Source: Clostridia bacterium (GTDB taxonomy: Bacteria; Bacillota; Clostridia; CAKSNL01; HGM11501). From it: a stretch of 54,611 nucleotides of DNA. Position numbers and translations under genes: made by a program. How positions within the stretch are numbered: position 1 is the stretch's first letter; each line of letters begins with the position of its first letter. Under the pieces are notes generated by a model. It was not told the DNA's origin, ran no database searches, and saw only the letters and a program-made list of their open reading frames with translations. This document shows positions 40,068 through 47,862 of this stretch, piece after piece. Location: NCBI GenBank assembly GCA_045545475.1, contig JAZQAZ010000048.1, forward strand, positions 1 to 54,611. The letters run 5' to 3'.

Positions 40068-41615
40068 ATGACAAAACCTACTGCTTTAATCATAATGGAC
40101 GGTTTTGCTTTTAATAATGCAACCGAAGGCAATGCGATAAAGAGTGCAAAAACTCCTTATCTTGACAAGCTTTTTGAAACTTGCCCTTACACCCAGATCG
40201 GTGCATCCGGAATGGACGTAGGTCTTCCCGACGGTCAGATGGGTAACTCCGAGGTTGGTCACACCAACATCGGTGCAGGACGAGTTGTTTATCAGGAGCT
40301 TACAAGAATCACAAAGTCCATAAAGGACGGAGACTTCTTTGAAAATGCTGCTCTTAATGCGGCAATAGCAAACTGTAAAAAGAACGATTCTGCTCTTCAT
40401 TTTGCAGGTCTTTTATCCTCCGGCGGCGTTCACAGCCACATTGAGCATCTTTTCGGTCTTCTTGAAATGGCTAAAAAGAACGGCCTTACAAAGGTTTACG
40501 TTCATGCTATTATGGACGGACGTGATGTTTCTCCCACATCCGGTATTGACTTTGTAGCAGAGCTTTCCGATAAAATGAAGGAAATCGGCGTTGGTAAGAT
40601 TGCGACAGTAACCGGAAGATACTATGCAATGGACCGTGACAACAACTGGAACAGAGTTGTTAAGGCATATGACGCTATGGTAATGGGAGAGGGCGACAAG
40701 GTATCCGATGTTCTTGCTGCAATAAAGACATCTTATGAAACCAAGGACGAAAACGGAGCACTTTTGACAGACGAGTTCATCCGTCCTATGGTGCTTACAG
40801 AAAACGGCGAACCTGTTGGAACAGTTAATGCAAATGACTCCTTCGTATTCTTTAACTTCCGTCCCGACCGTGCAAGAGAAATCACAAGAACCTTTGTGGA
40901 TCCCGAGTTCTCCGGCTTTGAGAGAAGAAAAGGCTTTATGCCTCTTTACTATGTGTGTATGACTCAGTATGATAAGACCATGCCCAACGTAGATGTTGCA
41001 TTTAAGCCCGAAAGCCTTACTAATACCTTCGGCGAGTATATAAGCTCAAAGGGATTGACTCAGCTTCGTATTGCTGAAACAGAAAAGTATGCTCATGTAA
41101 CATTCTTCTTCAACGGCGGTGTTGAAAAGGAATATGAGGGAGAGGACAGAGCGTTAATCGCATCTCCCAAGGTTGCAACCTATGACTTAAAGCCTTCTAT
41201 GAGTGCTTACGAAGTAACAGAGGAAGCTTTGAAGCGAATTGAATCCGACAAGTATGACTGCATCATCTTAAACTTTGCAAACTGCGATATGGTTGGTCAT
41301 ACAGGCGTGTTCTCAGCGGCTGTAGAAGCTGTTGAAACCGTTGATGAGTGTGTAGGCAAGGTTGTTGATGCTATACTTTCTAAGGGCGGCGTAGCAATGA
41401 TTACAGCTGATCACGGTAATGCTGACCAGATGGTTGACCCCGAGCCAAAGGAAGCGTGTACTGCTCATACAACAAACCCCGTACCCTTCATTGTGGTAGG
41501 CAAGGACGTTACTCTTCGTGAGGGTGGTAAGCTTTGCGATATCGCACCCACAATGCTTCAGATTATGAATCTTGAAAAGCCCGCTGAAATGAATGGCGAA
41601 AGCTTAATTAAATAA
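40068..41615 (+). CDS. gpmI: 2,3-bisphosphoglycerate-independent phosphoglycerate mutase
   Basis: GQMGNSEVGH, GRYYAMDRD, FNFRPDR, AETEKYAHVT, TADHGN. Confidence 0.98.
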   Translation: MTKPTALIIMDGFAFNNATEGNAIKSAKTPYLDKLFETCPYTQIGASGMDVGLPDGQMGNSEVGHTNIGAGRVVYQELTRITKSIKDGDFFENAALNAAIANCKKNDSALHFAGLLSSGGVHSHIEHLFGLLEMAKKNGLTKVYVHAIMDGRDVSPTSGIDFVAELSDKMKEIGVGKIATVTGRYYAMDRDNNWNRVVKAYDAMVMGEGDKVSDVLAAIKTSYETKDENGALLTDEFIRPMVLTENGEPVGTVNANDSFVFFNFRPDRAREITRTFVDPEFSGFERRKGFMPLYYVCMTQYDKTMPNVDVAFKPESLTNTFGEYISSKGLTQLRIAETEKYAHVTFFFNGGVEKEYEGEDRALIASPKVATYDLKPSMSAYEVTEEALKRIESDKYDCIILNFANCDMVGHTGVFSAAVEAVETVDECVGKVVDAILSKGGVAMITADHGNADQMVDPEPKEACTAHTTNPVPFIVVGKDVTLREGGKLCDIAPTMLQIMNLEKPAEMNGESLIK

Positions 41616-41625
41616 TTTAAGAAAA

Positions 41626-41660
41626 ATCAAAACCGTTGTCCATTGGGCAACGGTTTTGAT
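41626..41660. terminator. Terminator hairpin between convergent genes
   Basis: ATCAAAACCGTTGTCC-ATT-GGGCAACGGTTTTGAT. Confidence 0.8.
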
Positions 41661-41676
41661 ATTGGTATAGAAAATG

Positions 41677-42459
41677 TTATTTTGTGGGAATATCTCCAAC
41701 ACCGTTAAGTATATATTTCGGTGTGTAGGGGAATTCATCCACTGTAGCTCTTGTGCTGCATCCGGTTAAAACAAGAACAGTATCAAGGCCTGTTTCGATT
41801 CCCGCTATTATGTCTGTATCCATTCTGTCACCAATCATAACGGCCTCGTCGGAATGAACACCGAGAAGCTTTAAACCGGTTCTCATCATTAAAGGGTTAG
41901 GCTTTCCTATATAGTAAGCGTTTTTACCGGAAGAAAGCTCTATTGGGGCAACCAGGCTCTTGCAGGCAGGAGCAATGCCCTTTTCTGTAGGGCCTGTAAG
42001 GTCGGGGTTGGTGCCGATAAGCTTTGCACCGTTCATTACGAGATATAAGGCCTTCTCCAGGCTTTCGTAGTTATAGGTACGGCATTCGCCGATTATAACA
42101 TAGTCGGGATTAACATCGTTTATTGTAATTCCTTCTTCGTAAAGAGCGTTGTACAATCCGGGAGCACCTATTACATAAGCCGTTGCACCGGGGCACTGAC
42201 TCTTTATGAATTTTGCTGTTGCAAGAGCACTGGTGTAAAAATGGCTTTCGTCCACGTCAAGTCCCATTCTTGCAAGCTTCTGCTTAAGCTCTGTTCTTGA
42301 ACGTTCACTTGAGTTTGTAAGAAAGAGGAAGTTTTTGTTGTTGGCGTACAACCACTCCACGAATTCTTTAACGCCGTCAAGAATTTTGTTTCCGTGATAG
42401 ATTACACCGTCCATATCGCAGATAAAGCCTTTTTTTGCTCTTAATGCTTCTAAATCCAT
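41677..42459 (-). CDS. HAD-IIA hydrolase (NagD-like)
   Basis: DMDGVIY, LTNSS, IGKPNP, MIGDRMDTDI; ATG 42459. Confidence 0.92.
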   Translation of the reverse strand: MDLEALRAKKGFICDMDGVIYHGNKILDGVKEFVEWLYANNKNFLFLTNSSERSRTELKQKLARMGLDVDESHFYTSALATAKFIKSQCPGATAYVIGAPGLYNALYEEGITINDVNPDYVIIGECRTYNYESLEKALYLVMNGAKLIGTNPDLTGPTEKGIAPACKSLVAPIELSSGKNAYYIGKPNPLMMRTGLKLLGVHSDEAVMIGDRMDTDIIAGIETGLDTVLVLTGCSTRATVDEFPYTPKYILNGVGDIPTK

Positions 42460-42463
42460 CTTG

Positions 42464-42715
42464 CTATTCCTTTCCTTCCGCAGAAATTTCTTCTGCACAT
42501 TTTTTGCATATATTTTTGTCTTTGTATTTTATTAAATTCTCCTGCTCACCGCAGAATACGCAGAAAGGAGCGTATTTTTTCAAGATAATCATATCGCCGT
42601 CGGTGAAAATTTCAACGCCGTCCCGCTCTTCTAAGTTGTAGACTTTGCGGATAGATTTTGGGAGAACTATTCTTCCCAAAGGATCGATTTCACGCACTAT
42701 ACCGGTAGATTTCAT
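42464..42715 (-). CDS. abrB: AbrB/SpoVT family transition-state regulator
   Basis: MKSTGIVREIDPLGRIVLPK..ILKKY..CVFC..IC; own TTGACA-17-TATAAT promoter (42776-42748) and a 6/7 Spo0A-like box at 42719-42725. Confidence 0.85.
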   Translation of the reverse strand: MKSTGIVREIDPLGRIVLPKSIRKVYNLEERDGVEIFTDGDMIILKKYAPFCVFCGEQENLIKYKDKNICKKCAEEISAEGKE

Positions 42716-42831
42716 TTAATCGACATCCTTTCTTAATATGTAATAATATTATACATTGTTTAACAAAAACTGTCAATAATTAAGGCGAAAATAAGTAAAT
42801 TAAAAAAGTGCGAAAAAATATAAAAAAAGTG

Positions 42832-42860
42832 TTGACAAGCACCGTTTATTATGGTATAAT
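42832..42860 (+). promoter_or_regulatory. Sigma-A promoter of tRNA pair
   Basis: TTGACA-17-TATAAT. Confidence 0.85.
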
Positions 42861-42882
42861 TTCTTTTGTTGACGAAAGAAAT

Positions 42883-42958
42883 GCTGGTGTAGCTCAATTG
42901 GCAGAGCAGCTGATTTGTAATCAGCAGGTTGCGGGTTCGAGTCCCATCACCAGCTCCA
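42883..42958 (+). tRNA. tRNA-Thr(TGT)
   Basis: Acceptor GCTGGTG/CACCAGC, anticodon arm GCTGA-TTTGTAA-TCAGC, TTCGA loop, encoded CCA. Confidence 0.97.
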
Positions 42959-42963
42959 TATAT

Positions 42964-43048
42964 GGGGAGATTCCCGAGTGGCCAAAGGGGACAGACTGTA
43001 AATCTGCTGCTTCTTGCTTCGGTGGTTCGAATCCACCTCTCCCCACCA
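42964..43048 (+). tRNA. tRNA-Tyr(GTA)
   Basis: Acceptor GGGGAGA/TCTCCCC, anticodon loop CTGTAAA, long variable arm, GGTGG-TTCGAAT-CCACC, encoded CCA. Confidence 0.97.
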
Positions 43049-43262
43049 GAAAAAGCACCGATTTTGTTTCAAAATCGGTGCTTTTTTCAACGAAATAAAT
43101 CCTTTCAGGATTTGTGAAATACCTTTCGGGTGTGAAATATTGCTTCGCAATGTGAAATGCCTGCGGGCACGAGAGGGTTTATTTCATTTCACCTGATGCG
43201 AAGCATCAAATTTCACGATTTCTGCAAGAAATTATTTCACATCAACGAAGTTGATATTTCAC
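43049..43262 (+). repeat. tRNA-3'-anchored heptamer/hairpin element (complete copy), including terminator 43050-43087
   Basis: Terminator, then GTGAAAT at 43114, 43132, 43152 and ATTTCAC at 43186, 43210, 43234, 43256, with short hairpins between consecutive heptamers; second copy after tRNA-Arg. Confidence 0.88.
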
Positions 43263-43265
43263 TAA

Positions 43266-43294
43266 TAGACAAATTATAATATATGTGTTATACT
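43266..43294 (+). promoter_or_regulatory. Promoter of four-helix-bundle gene
   Basis: TAGACA-17-TATACT with extended -10 TG, starting 3 nt after the last ATTTCAC. Confidence 0.65.
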
Positions 43295-43314
43295 GACTTC
43301 AGGGAGATGATGTT

Positions 43315-43665
43315 ATGGCAGAATCAAAACTTAGAGACTTGTCGGTTGAATTTTCGGTTAAGGTAATAAAATTATGCGAAACGGTTAAAGGGCACCATTC
43401 TCTTGTTAATCAGCTTGAACGCAGTGCTACTTCCATTGGCGCAAATCTGCACGAAGCGAATTATGCACAGAGTAAGAATGATTTTATATCCAAACTGCAG
43501 ATAGCCTTAAAGGAATGTTACGAGACAGAATACTGGTTAGAGCTATTTGTGAAATCAGATATACTGGAAAGAGAAACTGCAAAGATTGTATACAATGAAT
43601 GCGGAACAATTCGCAAAATGCTTATAGCATCGATTAATACAGCGAAGGAGCATACTGAAAAATAA
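43315..43665 (+). CDS. Four helix bundle protein (23S rRNA IVP / TIGR02436-like)
   Basis: QLERSATSIGANLHEA..SKNDFISKLQIALKECYETEYWLELF signature; AGGGAG RBS. Confidence 0.9.
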   Translation: MAESKLRDLSVEFSVKVIKLCETVKGHHSLVNQLERSATSIGANLHEANYAQSKNDFISKLQIALKECYETEYWLELFVKSDILERETAKIVYNECGTIRKMLIASINTAKEHTEK

Positions 43666-43791
43666 AATGGGGCATAAGCTATGTTTTCACCCCGTGGCTT
43701 TCCCGTAAAAAAGCGAATCCACGGTATGGTAGGAGCGAAAATCGGAACTTTGAAATATATGAATGTCTTCTTAAAGCTTGCGGAATAAAAT

Positions 43792-43855
43792 AAAAAAGAG
43801 ATGTTGGCTTAAAAGCCCCAGCATTACACCTTTCGGTGGTTACCGTACATCCCTG
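43792..43855 (-). ncRNA. Candidate orphan structured small RNA
   Basis: Three-way fold (GGGATGT/ACATCTC; CACC-GAAA-GGTG; GGCTT/AAGCC) ending in T6, with TTGACA upstream at 43888-43883; no family recognised. Confidence 0.35.
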
Positions 43856-43893
43856 ATTTTTAGTATATTATTTTTTTATATTTGTCAATACTT

Positions 43894-43921
43894 AAAAAGA
43901 CCTGACTATAAGCAGGTCTTT
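43894..43921 (-). terminator. ymdB terminator
   Basis: AAAGACCTG...CAGGTCTTT with T tract on the minus strand. Confidence 0.7.
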
Positions 43922-43926
43922 GCTTC

Positions 43927-44703
43927 TCACAGACAAAGTGTCTCTATCTTTTCCGCCATTCCTGTTTCATCGTTTACCGAAACTATTACCCCACGGAAGC
44001 GGGAAGGCTCTTTAGATGCCTCATAGCGGACTTTTTCGCCCGTAAGGAATCTTTTTATGGCAATGTCACTACGAAGCCCCAGTACGCTGTTTTCGGGGCC
44101 CGTCATACCGACGTCGGTGATGTAGGCTGTGCCACCTTGAAGAATGCAGGCATCATTGGTCTGAACGTGGGTATGGGTGCCAAGCAGGGCACTCACTCTT
44201 CCGTCAAGATATTGCCCAAGGGCAATCTTTTCGCTGGTTGCTTCAGCGTGAAAGTCAATAAGGATGACATTTGTGCTCGTTTTCACCTTTTCAATAAGCT
44301 TATCTGCCGAGTGAAATGGATTCTCCACTGGAATATCCATATACACACTTCCGAGCAGGTTTATTACGGCAACTTTCCTGCCGTCCTTGGTGCGGAAAAT
44401 ACCGTGTGTATCGGGAAATTCCTTATCCTCATAGTTTGAAGGGATAACGACATTTTCTCCCATTTTGACAAGGGTTTTCACATCTGGCTTGCTGAAGGTG
44501 TGGTTGCCGAAGGTAAAGCAGTCAATACCGGCAGAAGACAACTCCTCATAAACACGGGTGCTCATGCCGAGTCCTCCTGAGGAGTTTTCGCCGTTTGCAA
44601 CGGTAAAGTCTATATCGTATTCGTATTTAATCCTATCAAGGTGGGTAAATACGGCTTCTCTTCCGCTACGCCCCACAATGTCACCGATAAAAAGAATGTT
44701 CAT
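43927..44703 (-). CDS. ymdB: YmdB family metallophosphoesterase (TIGR00282)
   Basis: LFIGDIVG, ANGEN, FGNH, DFHAEATSEK, GTHTHV; own TTGACT-17-TATAAT promoter (44760-44732). Confidence 0.93.
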   Translation of the reverse strand: MNILFIGDIVGRSGREAVFTHLDRIKYEYDIDFTVANGENSSGGLGMSTRVYEELSSAGIDCFTFGNHTFSKPDVKTLVKMGENVVIPSNYEDKEFPDTHGIFRTKDGRKVAVINLLGSVYMDIPVENPFHSADKLIEKVKTSTNVILIDFHAEATSEKIALGQYLDGRVSALLGTHTHVQTNDACILQGGTAYITDVGMTGPENSVLGLRSDIAIKRFLTGEKVRYEASKEPSRFRGVIVSVNDETGMAEKIETLCL

Positions 44704-44788
44704 AAATTTATCCTCTCTGATTAATAGGTATATTATAAGGCAAAAATGGTCTTTAGTCAATAAAAAGAGGAAGAATGACATAAACGTT

Positions 44789-45031
44789 AAAAAAGAGTGG
44801 CTCGATGCCACTCTTTTTTAACTCACTAAAGCAATTTACTTCGCAATGCCGGCATCGACAGTTTCTCTTATGAGATTAACTTTAATCTGGCCGGGATATC
44901 TGATGAAAGTGTTTTCGAAGAAAAAAGAGTGGCTCGACGCCACTCTTTTTTAACTCACTATAGCAAATTACTTCGCAATGCCGGATTCTCTTGTTTCTCT
45001 TATGAGATTAACTTTGATCTGGCCGGGATAT
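44789..45031 (-). repeat. 111-bp direct duplication of rny 3' end, stop codon and terminator
   Basis: 44789-44899 vs 44921-45031, 10 mismatches, period 132 bp; each copy holds an AAAAAAGAGTGGC..GCCACTCTTTTTT terminator. Confidence 0.95.
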
Positions 45032-46524
45032 TCAAGCTCGTTTTCAATACGCTTTACGATATCTCTTGCAACAAGCACCATTCCCTCGTCGGAAACGATT
45101 TCGGGCTTAACCATGATTCTGATCTCACGGCCGGCCTGAATTGCAAAGGACTTGTCAACTCCTTCAAAGGAATTTGCGATTTCTTCAAGCTTCTGAAGAC
45201 GCTTGATGTAGTTTTCAATGTTTTCTTTTCTTGCACCGGGACGAGCTGCGGAAACAGCGTCTGCGGCCTGAACGATACAAGCAATAAGTGTCTGCGGCTG
45301 TACATCGCCGTGGTGTGCTTCAATGGCATGACATACATCGAAGCTTTCGCCGTACTTCTTGGCAATATCTACGCCGATAGCAACGTGAGAGCCTTCAATT
45401 TCGTGGTCAACTGCTTTACCCAGGTCATGAAGTAAACCTGCTCTCTTTGCGAGAGTGACATCAGCACCAAGCTCTGCTGCCATAAGTCCGGAAAGGTAGG
45501 AAACCTCGGTGGAGTGCATGAGCACGTTTTGTCCGTAGCTTGTTCTGTAATGGAGCTTACCGAGTAACTTAACGATTTCAGGATGAAGTCCCTGAACATT
45601 TGTATCAAAGGTTGCCTGCTCACCTTCCTGCTTGATTGTGCGTTCGATTTCTTTCTTGGCACGTTCAACGGTTTCTTCAATTCTTGCAGGATGAATACGA
45701 CCGTCAACAATGAGTTTTTCAAGGGTTATTTTTGCGATTTCACGTCTTACGGGATCAAAGCCCGAAAGGATAACTGCTTCGGGAGTATCGTCGATGATAA
45801 GATCGATACCTGTCATGGTCTCAAGGGTTCTGATGTTTCGTCCCTCACGACCGATAATTCTTCCCTTCATTTCGTCGTTGGGAAGAGCAACTACGCTGAC
45901 TGTAGTTTCCGCAACATGGTCAGCTGCGCATTTCTGAAGTGCATATCCGATAATTTCACGAGCTCTGGTTTCAGCATTTTCCTTTGCTTCCTGCTCGATT
46001 TCCTTAACCATGATTGCTGCTTCGTGGCGAACTTCACTTTCGAGATTTTTGAGAAGATATTCTTTGGCTTCTTCTGCAGAGAGTCCGGAAATCTGCTCAA
46101 GCTTTGCTCTCTCTTCGTTCTGAAGGGCAATAAGCTTGTCTTTTTCAGCATCAAGATCCTTGGATTTGAGTGCTAAGGCTTCTTCCTTTTGCTCTAAAGT
46201 CTCTGTTTTCTTGTCAAGGTTCGCTTCCTTCTGGTGAAGGCGGTTTTCCTGTTTTGAAAGCTCGCTTCGTCTTTCTTTTACTTCCTTGTCCAGTTCTGCT
46301 CTGTTTCTGTGGATTTCTTCTTTTGCCTCAAGCAAAGCTTCTTTTTTCTTGTTTTCAGCTTCTTTGGTTGCTTCATCAACAATTCTCTTAGCTTCGTCTT
46401 CGGCACTGCCTATCTCAGCTTCGGATATTTTACGATTGTATGTAATTCCGGCTTTGAACATTATGAATCCGGCGATTACAGCAATTGCCAATCCGATACC
46501 GAGGCCAATGAAAAGCTGTGTCAT
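44968..46524 (-). CDS. rny: Ribonuclease Y
   Basis: N-terminal TM, coiled coil, KH ([14 protein letters not shown]), HD domain (LLHDLGK), YPGQIKV C-terminus; promoter TTGACA-17-TACAAT at 46638-46610. Confidence 0.97.
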   Translation of the reverse strand: MTQLFIGLGIGLAIAVIAGFIMFKAGITYNRKISEAEIGSAEDEAKRIVDEATKEAENKKKEALLEAKEEIHRNRAELDKEVKERRSELSKQENRLHQKEANLDKKTETLEQKEEALALKSKDLDAEKDKLIALQNEERAKLEQISGLSAEEAKEYLLKNLESEVRHEAAIMVKEIEQEAKENAETRAREIIGYALQKCAADHVAETTVSVVALPNDEMKGRIIGREGRNIRTLETMTGIDLIIDDTPEAVILSGFDPVRREIAKITLEKLIVDGRIHPARIEETVERAKKEIERTIKQEGEQATFDTNVQGLHPEIVKLLGKLHYRTSYGQNVLMHSTEVSYLSGLMAAELGADVTLAKRAGLLHDLGKAVDHEIEGSHVAIGVDIAKKYGESFDVCHAIEAHHGDVQPQTLIACIVQAADAVSAARPGARKENIENYIKRLQKLEEIANSFEGVDKSFAIQAGREIRIMVKPEIVSDEGMVLVARDIVKRIENELEYPGQIKVNLIRETRESGIAK

Positions 46525-46748
46525 TTGTCTTTCGACCTCCTTTATATGAAACGGGGCGTTAGTTTTTAAGTGCATCTCATAAAAAACAAATATTCCCCGT
46601 ATTATATTAATTGTATACTTTTTTTCATAAAATGTCAAGTAAAAAGGAAAATATAATGAGGATTATTTTGAAAAAGAAATAAAAGCTTTTGAACGAAGTA
46701 GTGTAATAAAGAAAAAACACGCATATAAGGCGTGCTTTGAAATAGATA

Positions 46749-46943
46749 TTATTTTTCTTTGCTCAACCCCAGAATGTAATCTGTAGAAACGCTGTAATAT
46801 TTTGCGAGTTTTATCAGCACATCTATGGGGAGTTGTCTTTGTCCGTTTTCGTATTGTGAATAAGTATTTTGTTTTATGTGTAAATATTCTGCCAAATCCT
46901 TTTGCTTTAAGTCAGAATCTTCTCTCAAATCTCGTAATCTCAT
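46749..46943 (-). CDS. Small XRE/Cro-CI helix-turn-helix regulator
   Basis: RLRDLRED..LKQKDLAEYL..QNTYSQYENG..VSTDYILG. Confidence 0.92.
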   Translation of the reverse strand: MRLRDLREDSDLKQKDLAEYLHIKQNTYSQYENGQRQLPIDVLIKLAKYYSVSTDYILGLSKEK

Positions 46944-46976
46944 ATAAAATCATCCTTTTCAGATAATATTATATGT

Positions 46977-47022
46977 TATCTCACAACGAGATATTGACAA
47001 ATATCTCAATTTGTGATATTAT
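46977..47022. promoter_or_regulatory. Twin palindromic operators around a sigma-A promoter
   Basis: TATCTC-N5-GAGATA (46977-46993) and TATCTC-N5-GTGATA (47002-47018) flank TTGACA (46994-46999); -10 TATTAT at 47017-47022. Confidence 0.65.
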
Positions 47023-47050
47023 GATGAAAAAGGAAAGAAGAGGTAGTTTT

Positions 47051-47815
47051 ATGAAAAAGAGAATACAAGGAATAGTAGCAGGTTTTGTTGCAGGAACTTT
47101 GGCTGTAAGCGGAAGCGTATTTGCAAAGCAGGCAAGCGAAATGGCGGAGATTTTTTATAACAATATAAAAATTTTTATCGACGGAGGAGAAATTGTTCCG
47201 AAAGATGCAAACGGAAATATTGTAGAACCCTTCATTTATAATGGAACCACATATCTTCCTGTTCGTGCTGTATCTAATGCATTCGGAAAAGAAGTTTTGT
47301 GGGATGGCGAAACCCAAAGTGTTTACATAGGTAAAAAGGATAGTACAAAGCCCGACAATTATCTTCATAAAATTCAGTATAATGATTATAAAGAGGTAGA
47401 CGGAGATTTTTCTATTATTAACGGGACAATAACAGATTTTGATAATATCACATATACTAATGGATTATTGTTTTACAGAGGATATAGCGGAGGAATAAAT
47501 AAAGATATAGATCCTGACGTATATGATTTTATGGTTTCATATCCATTGAATAGCCAGTATAATAAGTTGGTTGGTAAAATTGTTCTTCCTAAAAAGTTTG
47601 ATACAAAATCATGGGGAAGTGGAGATTGTCAGGTAAGTGAAGCTGATGTCTTAATATATGGTGATGGCGAACTTTTGTATAGAGCTACAAATGTAACTTC
47701 TTCTTTGCCCTTTGATTTTGATATAAAGGTAAAGGGGATAAATCAATTAGTGTTAAAAGTAAAAACAGGACGCTATAATCATGTTGCACTTACAGACCTG
47801 GCCTTGTATAAGTAA
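47051..47815 (+). CDS. Secreted protein, Cu-amine-oxidase N-terminal-type domain plus NPCBM-like domain
   Basis: Signal peptide ending VFA; EPFIYNGTTYLPVRAVSNAFGKEVLWDG; C-terminal IYGDGELLY..FDIKVKGINQLVLK; AT-rich. Confidence 0.8.
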   Translation: MKKRIQGIVAGFVAGTLAVSGSVFAKQASEMAEIFYNNIKIFIDGGEIVPKDANGNIVEPFIYNGTTYLPVRAVSNAFGKEVLWDGETQSVYIGKKDSTKPDNYLHKIQYNDYKEVDGDFSIINGTITDFDNITYTNGLLFYRGYSGGINKDIDPDVYDFMVSYPLNSQYNKLVGKIVLPKKFDTKSWGSGDCQVSEADVLIYGDGELLYRATNVTSSLPFDFDIKVKGINQLVLKVKTGRYNHVALTDLALYK

Positions 47816-47816
47816 T

Positions 47817-47851
47817 AAAAAACGATTGAGTGATAAACTCAATCGTTTTTT
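47817..47851. terminator. Bidirectional intrinsic terminator
   Basis: AAAAAACGATTGAGT-GATAA-ACTCAATCGTTTTTT. Confidence 0.85.
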
Positions 47852-47862
47852 AGGTTAATTTC

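Noticed and set aside
42931-42947. C.A mismatch in the tRNA-Thr T-stem as a sign of a pseudo-tRNA
   Set aside because: The rest of the cloverleaf, the promoter and the CCA are intact, and single T-stem mismatches are tolerated.
42808-43196. ORF-track ORFs across the tRNA pair, and 54305-54553 across tRNA-Arg
   Set aside because: They overlap clear tRNA genes and the repeat element, so they are spurious.
43092-43262. Mini-CRISPR reading of the heptamer ladder
   Set aside because: The repeats are 7 nt, the spacers are 11-17-nt self-complementary hairpins, and repeat orientation flips midway.
43714-43722. attR duplicate of the tRNA-Tyr 3' end
   Set aside because: Only 9 nt match, found post hoc, and it does not extend to the acceptor stem; kept only as a caveated remark.
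44900-44925. Hammerhead ribozyme core (CTGATGA...CGAA) in the spacer between rny copies
   Set aside because: It has GAAG instead of GAAA, a weak stem II, and no convincing stems I and III or NUH site.
44789-45031. DGR template/variable repeat pair (an Avd-related gene is nearby)
   Set aside because: The mismatches are not adenine-specific (the downstream copy has A at only 2 of 10 on the coding strand) and there is no reverse transcriptase in the window.
46749-46943. Prophage or ICE remnant suggested by the XRE gene
   Set aside because: No integrase, phage, relaxase or flanking direct repeat is evident around the XRE/surface-gene pair.
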